DNA of 63,819 nt, filler included, from Cercozoa sp. M6MM (lineage: Eukaryota; Protista; Endomyxa: Ascetosporea): assembly GCA_040357565.1 (NCBI GenBank). It is 3 parts of 3 records of this genome, joined end to end, with 100 filler letters (N's around TTAATTAATTAA, not from the genome) between each part and the next. Parts side by side here need not be neighbours in the genome. Positions count along the whole stretch, not along the records: positions 22,146 to 39,925 come from JBDODJ010000255.1; 2 more parts are not named here. One strand, written 5' to 3'. The notes beneath the pieces were generated by a model. It was not told the DNA's origin. It did no database searches and worked only from the letters and a program-made list of their open reading frames with translations. The first letter of the stretch is position 1. Each line of letters opens with the position of its first letter. Position numbers and translations under genes: made by a program. Of this stretch, positions 23,110-34,802 are shown in pieces.

Positions 23110-25474
23110 TCACGGCGGTGGTTCGATCGGATTGACAAAGCCGACGCCGTGACATACGATAACACTCGTGTCGTTGTCCTGTTCGATCTCGAAAGTGGCA
23201 CCCGTGAGAGTCTCGGCCTGCGCACAATAACGCGACTTCAGTCAGCGCCGACACACACGTATTAAAAAAAGCGGAGGGCCATACAATGCGCATGGCGGTC
23301 GTTGTGTGCAGTTCGATCGGACCGCAACGCATGCGTGACGTGCCTTGTGCCAGTGCCACTGCGACAGCAGAAAGTAACAAAAACGAAATGACAGCTCTGT
23401 GTTTGGTTGTTAGAATGGAGGGTACTGAAAATAATGAGTTGGTCCTGCAGGTGCTCATCCACGCAGCCACCGGCGTACAGCTGCTTGAGCATGTCTCGGC
23501 CAGCTCGCCGACCGACCTGTCACAATAAACAAATAAGCAATAGACAGAAAAAGACGATATTCACTAAACGAAAACACGCGACAAAAAGTGATGAAACAAA
23601 CAAAATATAAAATGTTATGCTGAGAATAGGTGTTAGGAGTAGTGTACAGCAGTGAAGTCCTCGTTCTTGCCAGAAATGGAGCTGCCAGCGATGAGTGCGC
23701 CCGTGTCAGTCTTGGCGATGAGAACAACGCCCATACCTGTGGATAGACTCGAGGTGTCAATGCGCACTTGCACGTCCACATCGATCTAAACATCAAGAGG
23801 AGGGTGAAGACAGACAGGCAGGCATTAAAAGGAGCAAAGTACTGGGTCGTTGCGCTGCCTGGAACGCAGTACGTCGCGCAGCTCACCGAGTGCAGCCTTG
23901 CGTGCTTGCATCGCACGCGCTACACATCAAAACAAAAGGTAGAAACGAAAAAACACCTCCAGAAAAAATGTACACTCATTGATGCGTCCACCAGCGATAA
24001 CGAAACCATCGATGCGCTGCACCGTGCCACGTTCGGTCAGATCAAAACACGGCAGTGGTCCTGACACCGGGTGCACCTACCAAAGGAATAATTAACACTG
24101 AGGTAGGAAAGAAGGAAGAAAATGTGACTACAGTGACATCGACTTGTCCACCACCGCGCGGAAAGAATCCGCGCTTGACCACTTCGGTCTCCATGCGCAG
24201 CCCTGGAGTCCCAAAACGTAAGCAAGCTACGAGTAGGGGTAAAGGAGAGCACTGTACCAAAGAGTCGCTGCAGGGTCGGGGTGAGCACATTGATAAAATA
24301 GTCGATCTGAGGCGCATGGGATGCGTTGGTGCCGCCCTTGAGACTGCACTTCTGCGGTACGCACGGTCGGCGCAGTGCCAGCACCGGCAAGGCTGCCTGT
24401 TTCAAACAAGTGTCCCCAACAACAATATCAATAACCTGGGGCATAGACACACCTGCAAGAGCAGACAGATACTGCCGGCACTTCGAATATCCGCCTCGAA
24501 AAAGTCTTGGTTGCTCTAAAGCAAAGATGCGTAGAAAAAGAAGAACAAAAAACTTTTACAGCGTACCAAAGAAGTGGTCTGCGGCAGCAAAGCCACTCGC
24601 ATTCTAAAATCACGGACAAATGCCAAGTACACAAAGCAAAAAAGAAACGTTAGACATGGCTTAACATACGAATTCACAGCATCGCCAGCGAGGTCCAGAT
24701 TGGCGAGCTTTGCCACCAGCCGGATGCCGCACAAATGCTGCGGCTTCAATCCTAACCAAAAAAAAAAATTACACTTCATTCCTTTATCCCAAACCACAGA
24801 CTACAATAAACATACCAGGTCGGTTGCGCTTGGCACGCACCTGCACGATCTCAATGTTGCGTCGCGTAAGGGCACTCAACGAAGCCGAGTTTCGCAAAAT
24901 CTGACCGCCGCCTGGATTTCGATCAACCAGTGAATATCAACAACTACAAAAAAGCATAAACGTCTACCCTCAAGCATGCTGCCATCGATGGTCTCAAGAT
25001 CCTCAGCCGCCGACACTCGCGTTTCCACCTGAAAAACAACTTTTTCTCATTTTTTGAGCACAGCGAAACAGGGCTTGTACATTTTCATGCGTGGTTCTGG
25101 TGCCATTGAAAGCGGCACCAGTCGACAAGACCACACGCAACTTGCTGCCGGCCCGCACATGCGAGTCTGCAAACCAACACAATTGTACCAACTGAGAAGG
25201 GTACAAAAATCTTTACACGGTACCTCGGATATCCGGCCAGTTCGTGTTGAACAGAGCCACGCCGTCGCCAGAGAAGAACTTGCGGACCTTGATACGCGGG
25301 AACTTGTTCTTGGCACTGCATTCCCAGTCTGTAAACCAACAGAGCAGCTCGAGAGCCGAACAGGGACACATACCATCGTCGGAGTGTCTTCAAATCTGCG
25401 TCGTGCGGCAGCTTGGCGAGCTTTCGCACTGAGTTGTCAGAGTTCAGCACAAACTCAGCGGTGAGCTGTGTCAT
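23110..25474 (-). CDS. RTCA: RNA 3'-terminal phosphate cyclase with an extra about 95-aa N-terminal domain
   Basis: IDGSMLEG-GGQILR, RNRPGLKPQHL, GGTNASHAPQIDY, KRGFFPRGGG, CVDEHLQDQLII, catalytic-His motif ELHTTTA, C-terminal VCHGVG. Upstream exons splice in frame from ATG 25474. Confidence 0.9.
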
Positions 25475-25650
25475 CTTTCCTCTTGCCGGTTGTGTATTTA
25501 ATTGAGTTTCGACACAAGAGTGTGATTCAAACACACAGCACGCGACTACACACCACAGAAGCCTGTGATAATGTGCTTCTGTGACAGTGACAAAAAGGTT
25601 CTTGTAGCCACAATTTATTATTTAGTTATTTTCAGTTTTTGGAACAACCG

Positions 25651-27900
25651 TCAGATTAAAAGAGTGCGAATGCGCTTCAATAGCTCGACCGCCTCCGTGG
25701 GGTGCGAAACGTTGGCTTGCAGCGCGATAGGCAAGCAGCGCAGCAGCGTTTGTGAAGAAGAAGGCGATCGACGCAGCTCGGCGACAGCAATGTCCCTCAG
25801 TTTAGCATCCTAAGGGATCAAGCACACTGTATTCTTTAAAGACACATGTATAGCACAAGCGAATGCAGAGTTAATCCATTACAGCAAGCAGCAGCGTTAA
25901 TTCGATGAAGACGCAAAAGTCTCGCGACTCCAAGTTGCCCAAGAGCCATAGCACTCTCGCCCGATGCGGACACTTCCCAGCTGCGAGAATACTCGTTTTA
26001 AAGTTATCGAACACGGGCCCGGCAGAGCTTGTCGTGCAGACTTAGAACAGCTCGTACCAGGCACCGCGGCAAGCCGTGCGAGTCGCAGAAACGATGCACA
26101 TGCCTCTGTCAGCGGACTTTTGAACGGTGTGCTGCGACAAAGTGCACTTGATGAAAGATTTAATAAAAGAAGGACACATGATTAATTTTTTGGTTACTGA
26201 AACAACAGGCGCAATCGGTGCAGCTGATGAACGTCATTGCCAGTGTGGATTCCTCTCCGCAACATCACTGTTGATGGAATGAGAACACGGCTTTCTACGC
26301 CGGCGTCTGCTTCTAAACCAAAGAATAAATTAAAGCACGGCACGGAGCATAAGCTATACTTGCTGAGATACCACTAGTAGTAGGCAAGCTTTTGGCACGT
26401 TCGCAGGGAATACCGAGAGCAGTGCAGTATGCGAACAAAGCTTGCGCATCGTACAACAAAGGCACCGGTATACTCGGGTGATAGGCCAGTTTGACGCGCT
26501 TGCCTTGCTTTTCTGGCCTGAAGGCGACCACTTGCATACTCTATGTACCGTACAATTAAGCTACCTTCATGCCTGTTGGATAGTAAATTTTTATTCAAGT
26601 CCGATACCATCGCACGCTTGCCTTTGGATTTCGTCATGCTCGTGCAGATAACGCAGTCACCACTTGGCGATACTACTGTGCCTGGAGGCAGCAACGCCAC
26701 ACCAACCAGGATGTTGTGCTCTTGCTGAACGTAGAAGCAGTTGCCTCGTGCCAAAGTGACAAAAGACGCCCAAAATTTGACGTCGAGCGTCTCACTGTCG
26801 TCGCACACTCGGTCAGAGAGTAGCTTCAGGAATTTGGCCGCCTGCAGTGTCTGAACTGCCAAGGGAGATGGAGAGTCGACGCAAATACCGGCAGAGCGCA
26901 ATTTGTGCGCCAACTTTGCGCGTCGTTGTTTTTCGCTACCTTTCATCACTTTCACTGCACAAAGTTGTCAGTTTTACAACTCACTATCTTGCTGTATACA
27001 ATTCGAGTCCAGTACTGTTACCGCACAAAGAAGCAAGGTATGGATGGAACTCGTCCAACCACATGGCAGCAGCAGACAGGGCACCTAAAGCCACGTGACT
27101 TGAGCATCCACACGTCTTCTGCAAGTACTCAAGCCTTTCTTGCTCGCATCCAGTCTCGACTCGCGAAATCGGCCGAAAGCATCGCTGCACGAGTTGATGG
27201 AGCGCCTTCTCCTGCATAAAATACACAAATGAGGACAAGTTAAATCCGAATAATCGTCCTACAGGTTCCGAAGACGGTTCAGACGCAAAAAACAAAGCAC
27301 GACTTGTCGAAACAACGCGCGGGTAGTTTTCAGAAGCGGCAATATCCGATTCAGTGTCGGCGACAATTGGTGCCTCGGCGCCACCAGAAAACGCGTTCAG
27401 TGGCACCGCAGAGCCTCCTCCGTTCATTTTAATCATCGTCGGAGCAGCTAACTAAAGTTTGTTGATGTCCGCAATTCCCAGATGAAAGTGATGCCTTGTG
27501 TCCACACGTGTCTGCCTCGCGCCGGGTTTCCAGACCAACATCTTGGCTCCAGCTGACGTGAAGCTACTGACTGACGCAATCGTTTGAGTTTGAACTGGTA
27601 TCACTCTGCCGCTGTGTAGTACTAAACCTGGGAGAAACTGTTACTGTCAACATCAAACAACCTACTCGGCTGACTACTTGCTCCGCGTGGAAGCAACTAT
27701 CAGTCATGCCAAATAGGAATTTGAAGTGTTTTGCTAAGGTTGAGAGCTGAGTGGCGAGCAGCTTGAAACTGCTGCAAGAATTGAATAAAGGCCCTCTTTC
27801 CGATACCAGGCAAGAGGGTTTGTTTTTCTTTTGTTCATCGTCGAACAAGCCCCTCAACACTCTCAACTGTAACGACGGCTCTACCTTGGGGTAACCTTCT
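25651..27900 (-). CDS. Hypothetical multi-exon protein
   Basis: Successive minus-strand open segments (26374-26955, 26984-27436, 27564-27866) with GT/AG borders and a last exon ending ...LLKRIRTLLI*. No recognised motif; start uncertain. Confidence 0.4.
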
Positions 27901-28111
27901 CTCTTCTGATATCTTTCGGTTTGTTGAGACGTCGAACGAACACTAAATTAAACGACCTTACATTCTTACTTTCTTTAGTCGTTGTCTTCACTGAAATTGA
28001 CAATCTCTCAATCAACAAAACTACTATCGTAAACTCAGTGCGATGGCTCGCTCGTCAGCGCGGACGGGTGCCGAACAAACAGACAGCCCGTAAGAGTCGC
28101 AAGCGAGGGAA

Positions 28112-31100
28112 CTACATGCCACCAGCATCGAGCACCTGCTGGAACAGCACCGTGGCGAACTCCAGCGAGCGCATGAAAGTCGGCAGCGAGTTCTTGCGCA
28201 TCAGGCCGAACACGACGTCGAACGCCTCGCGCAGCGCGGCGTCAAAGTCGGCATGGTTCTTCTCGCTGTCCAATACAGACTAGTACATGGTGGTGGCAGG
28301 GAATAAAGCAAGCTAAGAGTACCCCAGAGCAGTCTCAATGCGTGTCTTGATGTCGTGCGGAATGTTCACCTGGTACGGCGACATCAGTTTGATGTAAGTA
28401 TGAAACAGTGCCTGCTGCTGCTCACTGCGCTCGGCATCCAGCAGTGTTCCTATTTGAAAGGGGGTAAATGAGGGGAGCAAGGGAAAAGGAGGCTAGAAAG
28501 CTACCCTGCTGCAGTGCCTCCAAGTACTGCTGCGCTGCGTGGAAGAACCGAATGTTCTCGGTGCGTTGGAACCTCTGTACATGGGGCGGGGGAGGGGTAA
28601 AGGGATAAAGGGACAAGGACAAGGCGTACCTCCAGGTGCTCGGCAAAGGCACGACACACATCGGTGCCAGCGAGCAGGAAGTTGCCGAACTGTTCCTTGC
28701 TGTAGTAGGCACTCCATGTGAGTCGCTGCAGCATGCTCTGGATCTCCTCGCCGAGCTTTTTGGTGTTGTCCATCTCCTGGAAGCGCTTCTTCTCGTTTTG
28801 CACGATGGCGCGTTTCTTGGCCTCCTCCGGGTCCACCGGGTCCATTGGCTACACACCCACGCGGATATACTGATTACAAAAAGGCAGCGAACTGACCTCT
28901 GCCCTGCGCTCGGCCAGCGGCAGGTTCAGCCGGTCGCGTCGCTGCTCCTCCGACAGGAAGCGACCGATCACGCGGACATTGTCCTGTGGGATACAATGAG
29001 TCACTACACGCCCCTTCGCCCTCTCCATTGTGTGAAGGAAGTACGCGCAGTTGTTGCGGCGTGCGCGACAGTGCGTAGCTGCAGTAAAGCAAGTGTAGTG
29101 GGTGCATATCCCCCCTGGGTGTATGTACCTGAGCGTCAGCGACAGTTCTTCATCGGCCTTCTCGTCGTCGTCTCCACCACCGAAGGCGCGCAGTGTCGGT
29201 TCCATCGCGATCTCGTCAACCCTACGGAAAATCAAACAATAATGGAGACACAGTGCATTAAAAAGCACAGAAACAAAAAACAAAATTATGTTGGTAAACT
29301 CATGTATACATTATTATAGAAGCAAAAAAAAATGAACAAGCAAATGTGACACAAACATATAAACCGCAAATACACTAATAAATAACATACATATACATAT
29401 ACATATATATATACATATATAGTGGCATATTACTTAGCATGCACAGTGTTGAGTGCCTCTGTCGACGCGAGTAGCCACTCGCCGCGCACGCGCACGAATT
29501 CCTCCAGCACGGCACCTGCAGCAAGACAAACGTATCCGTCCAGTATGTTCCAACAAACAAAAATGTAGAGAGGTTACGCGTCTCAGCAATGCGTTCGTGC
29601 TCGAGTTGCTCGGCACGTCGCAGCAGTTGCTTGAACCCGTCCTACACACACAAACACACAGGCACACATAACACACAGACACAGACACACAGACACACAC
29701 AGTAATACCCCCCATGTTGTGTACCTCATGCTGCGGCAGTTTTTCGTTGGCCCGTGAAACAATCGACGCGAACTCTTCGCACACCTGTTGCAGAGACACC
29801 CCCAGTGTTTTACCCCTCTTTAGGCCCCCCCCCCCAGATGGGAGCGTACGGTGGACGCCTTGTCGGCGGCTTCGCGTGTGGCTTGAAGATTCTCGTCGTT
29901 GGGCTCGGCACCCCACACGATCGGCTGCACCAGGTCCTCCACCGCGTCCATCGAGCGCGCCGACGTGCAGTCGCGGTCGTCGTACGGCATGTCCTCCGCG
30001 CGGACCAGTGCTTGCACCTGAGATGTGTTCCCTCCATAATTAAGAACAAGGTAGTTTTTGCACAAGATGGTACATTGGCTTTCGAAGCTGCGGCGATGGA
30101 AAGATTCAATGCCGAAATGGCATCGGCACGTCGCGAATCCGCCTGTGAAAAGTCCGGCCAATTTACTGAATTTGTCAAAACAGAAAACATGAAAAGTCTC
30201 ACTCACCTCGCCACGAATCTGCGCGAGTTCCTTCTGCAGAACACGTTGCTCCTGTAGCGCGGATTTGCGTGACAACTGACTGCCTTCCGAGAACTTGTCG
30301 AGCTTGTTACTGCGTGCAAACTCATGCGTTAATAGCTTTCTGTCATATTTAGCTTTCACAAGCTTTCACAAGCTTTCACAAGCTTTCACAAGCTTCACAT
30401 AGCTGTAGCATTTAGCTTTGACGCTAAACTTTCACTCAGACAGAAGGAGCACAAGTACCTCAGACTCTCCCATTTCTCGCGATGCACAGCCGTTGCATCG
30501 AGGGACGACATGCCACCCACGCTCTCGAGAACCGAGAGCACCTGATCAGTTCACTCACTCGTCAAGCAGCACACACTCCATCGTGCGCACTCAAAGCACC
30601 TGCTCTAGTGAATCCGACGGCACTCCCTGCGGGATCGTGTTCTGCTCGGCATACCGGCGGAAGAAACCAATCTCGGCCTGCGTCAGCTCGTAGACCTGGA
30701 AAATAGACAAAAAAAAAACTGGGATCTCAAAAATACTACAAACACTGCAGTGAGGCGAGCTTTACCTGTTTGGACAGTTGTGAGTGCATTTGATGCAACT
30801 TCTTAAAGTACGCCGACAGGCGTTTCGCGAGCAATTGGCCCTATCGCATAGAAACCCCAATGAAACGCCAAAAAGCACATTTTGAAATTTAAACTACCTG
30901 AGAAAGCTGTGTGTCAAGTTGTTCGAAACGACGCATCCATACGTACTCAGGTTCATCGCCGACCAAGGCGGCCTTCTCGCCTTCGGCAGACGAATCGGAG
31001 GATTTTGCGACTGAGACGACCTTCTTGCGTGCACGGAAGAAACGGTGCTTGTCGGTCTGGGGGGGGGGGGGCAGTCCAACAGTGCATTTAAGTAGTACTT

Positions 31101-31936
31101 GAATTGTACAACTTGACTTGACAAGGTACCTGGTGTGCCTTATTCTTGGACGGAGGACTCGAGGACCGAGTGCTGACAAGTGCCACACTGTCGCGACGCA
31201 TAAGCACTTCCTTGGCTTCTTCTTCGTCGAGCTGCTCCTGTGTGATCATGAGCTTCACGCGTGGACCCACCTGCACACAAGCACTCGCATGCAAACTCGC
31301 ATTTTAGACCAGTGAAAGGCAGAAAGCAGGACGTGTGACTACCTGGTTGGAGTGCAAGAAATCGAGCTGCATTGTGTACAATTCGCCAACAGCGTTGCGG
31401 AACTCGGCGAGGTCCTGTTAGATAAAAGAAACATCCTTGTAAGTAAACAAAGGATGAAACGAAAGCACAAAAGGGCGTACCAACTCGCCTTGTGCCATCG
31501 TAAAGGCGCGGTTGTCCTTGACCATTTTGATGAACACGGTGAAGGCCTTGGGCTCAGGTTTCTCGCCCGGCTTACCGTACATGATGGTGTGGAACGTGAT
31601 GTCCTCGTTGAACATGATGGCACCTGCAGTCGTACAGACACCAATGATAATGATTCGGTTAGGAGTGAATTAAAATACCGCCAACATCAGGCGCCACTGA
31701 CTTGGTCTTGGCCTTCTCCTTCTTGTTGCGCTGGAAGGAAATGTACACCTCGCGGTGCTCACTCAGCTTGCGTGTCAGGCGAAGGTTGGTGCTCACCACC
31801 GTGATGGTGACCTGTGCGTCCCCCGCCATTCAATTCAAGTTGATACCGACACACATTTAGCATCGGATGGGACACACACCTTCATGGCCGTTCCCGGCCG
31901 GTTGCGATTGCGCACTTTGCGCAGGAGACCCGACAT
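28112..31936 (-). CDS. RGS-domain protein with a putative N-terminal NT-C2 (EEIG1/EHBP1-type) domain
   Basis: RGS: FAEHLE-RFQRTENIRFF...YIKLMSPYQVNIP...VFGLMRKNSLPTFMRSLEF. N-terminus: VYISFQRNKK...FNEDITFHTIMY...KAFTVFIK...DLAEF, a beta-rich NT-C2-like pattern. Confidence 0.75.
30351..30399. repeat. 10-bp tandem repeat (AGCTTTCACA)x about 5, probably intronic
   Basis: Seen directly. Confidence 0.9.
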
Positions 31937-32934
31937 GAGCTTCAGGACCAAACACAAGCGCAAAGATTAAGAACACAACACAAAAAAATAACAAAAAAGA
32001 TGTGCGAAAATTGACATGAGAAGAAAAAGAAACTGCACAGCCCCACACGTGCCTAGTGAACAAAACGCTTTTCAACACATCCCAGTGTACCCCTTGGCAC
32101 AGAACACACCCGCAGAGCACAAGACGATGTGATGGGTGCCAGAAACAACTGGGCAATTGTTCGGATGACCAAGACACAATGTTAAACTTACCTCCTCTGG
32201 CGAATGCCTAGTGCCTGCACGGTAGACCCTAAGTGTGCACGAAAGTGCAGTACTACTTGCACAGTAGAGTGAAGGTTCACGTGTCAAGTCTCAGTGGCGG
32301 ACGCCGCTGTCGGCTCAAGCGAGCCGGTGCACCGACCCGATCAGCGATCAGAGCACTGCTCTTCTGTGGTCGAACTGACCACACGCCAGTGATGCCGCCC
32401 ACAATCTACAACGGCCAGCCGCCCGGGCAGCTTGGTCGGAAACAGTGGACGGCTTCTAAAATAATCAATCCGTGCTGATTTTCCAAGTACGACTTCGCTG
32501 TTCGAGGTTGCGTGAGTTGGTGCGTCGACGCTTGGCTTGGCATAGAATGGCGGGTCTTCGGCGCTTGCTTTCCTGCAGGTCAGTGAGTGCGGCTTTATTG
32601 GGTAAAAGACAATTTGAAGTCAAGCTAACAATTTCAGTTAAGCAGGGTAACTGTAGGACACTCGCTCGTCGTCGCACAGTCGGGAAGCACAAACACACAC
32701 ACAAACACATCGAGACTGCAGGAAGAAAGGCGACTCAAAGATCCAGCGCGATCGCGAAAAAGAAGGAGAGATTGCAGGTGTTAATTCTTGCTCATTCCGA
32801 GCGACGGTCGGAGAACTCGTTCAACGAACTGCCATCACAGGGCAGAGCGGACAAGAAGGACGGGGAAGGTCAGCAGCGAAGGTTCGCAGCGAAGGCGTTG
32901 TTGTTGTTGTTGTTGGGAGACTGAGTGTGCATGC

Positions 32935-34759
32935 TCACAGCACCGAGTATTGATTGAGCAGCTGAATCTGCGAGTCGAGCTCTTCGTTGCGTCGCTGCAC
33001 AAAGTCGCGGAAGGCCTGCGAGCGCACGAGCTCCGTGTGCAGGTTCTACAAGATCCATGTGATATTAAAATTTAATATATAAATAAAAAATAAATAAATA
33101 ATATATACATATAAATATATATATATATATATATTAGACGGGGGTTATGGCTACCGCTTTAAGCAGCTCGCGGATCTCCTCCATGGCAGTGGCCCACATG
33201 GACTCCTGTAGGTCCTCCTCCTCGAGTTCGTCGATAGGCTTCTGATCGATCATGTGTTTCCAGTCGCGCATGCGCTCGAACAACTCGTGGTCAAAGTTGA
33301 CCTGCGTCGACGACGACGAGTCGACGAACTTGGCGTAGATACGCTGCAGCACAGCGTTGAGCATCTTGACCTCGGGCACCTGCTGCAGACGCTGCATGAA
33401 CTCGTCCATCTCGACCAAGAAGTCGACATTCTCCGAGCAGAGCTTCTTCTTGGCCAGGTCACGCAGCAGTCGCCGCGCCTCCGAGTCGCCCACGATGCGC
33501 GTGATCGACCAGTCCGTCTGCAGGAAGCGCGTCTCCTCGCCACGTTCTGCCGCGCGCTGCGTCGCCTTCAGCGCGAACGCCGCCAGTAGCAGCACGCCGC
33601 ACGACACGATGCACATCACCACGGCCACCGTGGCACGGTTCTTGGCCGCATCACGCTGTCGCTGAGCCTCCTCATCAATCTCCTGGATCAGCGGCTCGTA
33701 CACCTGCTCGTGCAGGTAGCGCCGCTGCGCCTCGAACGTCGAGTACTCGGGTCCCGTCGGGATCTGGTACTTTGGCAGCAGCGTGTCGTCCAAACCGTAC
33801 GACCACACGAGCTGCGCGCCGCCTGCCAGCGCCAGTGCCGAACCATTGTACTTCACAAACACCGTCGACTCCAGCGGCGTTTCGGCCCAGCCCGATGACA
33901 GACCCGTCGTCTTGGCCTGTGCAAGCACACGCACACACAACCGATCAAAACGCATACCAGCTCACTCCCTTTCAAAAAAAAAAAAAAACACTGTACCAGA
34001 CCAAACGAGGCCGAGCTGCCGGCCAGGTCGTACACACCCTTAGTGGCGAGCACACCCCTGCAAACACATGACAGGACGCTGCTTATCAACAGAGAAAGAA
34101 AGTGTCTTGTTAAGGTACTGAAGTACAGATAATCGAGCTCGAAGCGCTGAGCCGTCTCGGACTTGGCGAGCAGCTCCTCCGAGATCACGTACTCGTTCTT
34201 GAGCTTGACCACGGCCGTGGCGTTCGCGACGAGTGCCTTGAGGTGGGTCGAGACGCACTGCACCTCAAGTTGGGCCGGTTGGCCGAACGAGTCGCGCGTG
34301 CACGTGCGCGTCGGCAGCATGAAGGCCTCGGCCGGAGCGCCGGGCAGGAAGTCGCCGCCGTTGTTGATGGCCACGAGCGAGTTGTAGTAGTCGTTGACAA
34401 TGTAGGGCGTGCGCGCCGCGCCGTCCTCCATCATAGCCTCGATCTGGATCTGGTAGTACTCCACGTAAAACGACTTCTCGTACGTGTCCGTGGCGTCGCT
34501 CAGCGTCTTGCTGCTCAGCGTGAGCAGTGTGATGCCAGCCACCAGGTTGAGCACCATCACCTGTGGCAACATCCAACACAGTAAATCAATTTCAGTTTGC
34601 ATTTTCCTTAAGGGTGGAGCTTACAATCCACAGAGCGATGATGAAGCGGCGACGCTCCTTGATGTACTGCTCGTCGATCGCCGTGCGCACCTGGAAGTTG
34701 CTGCCGCCCTTGAGCACATCCTGGCTCGCCTGTGGTCACACCATGTGTGTGTGTGCGTG

Positions 34760-34802
<43 letters not shown>

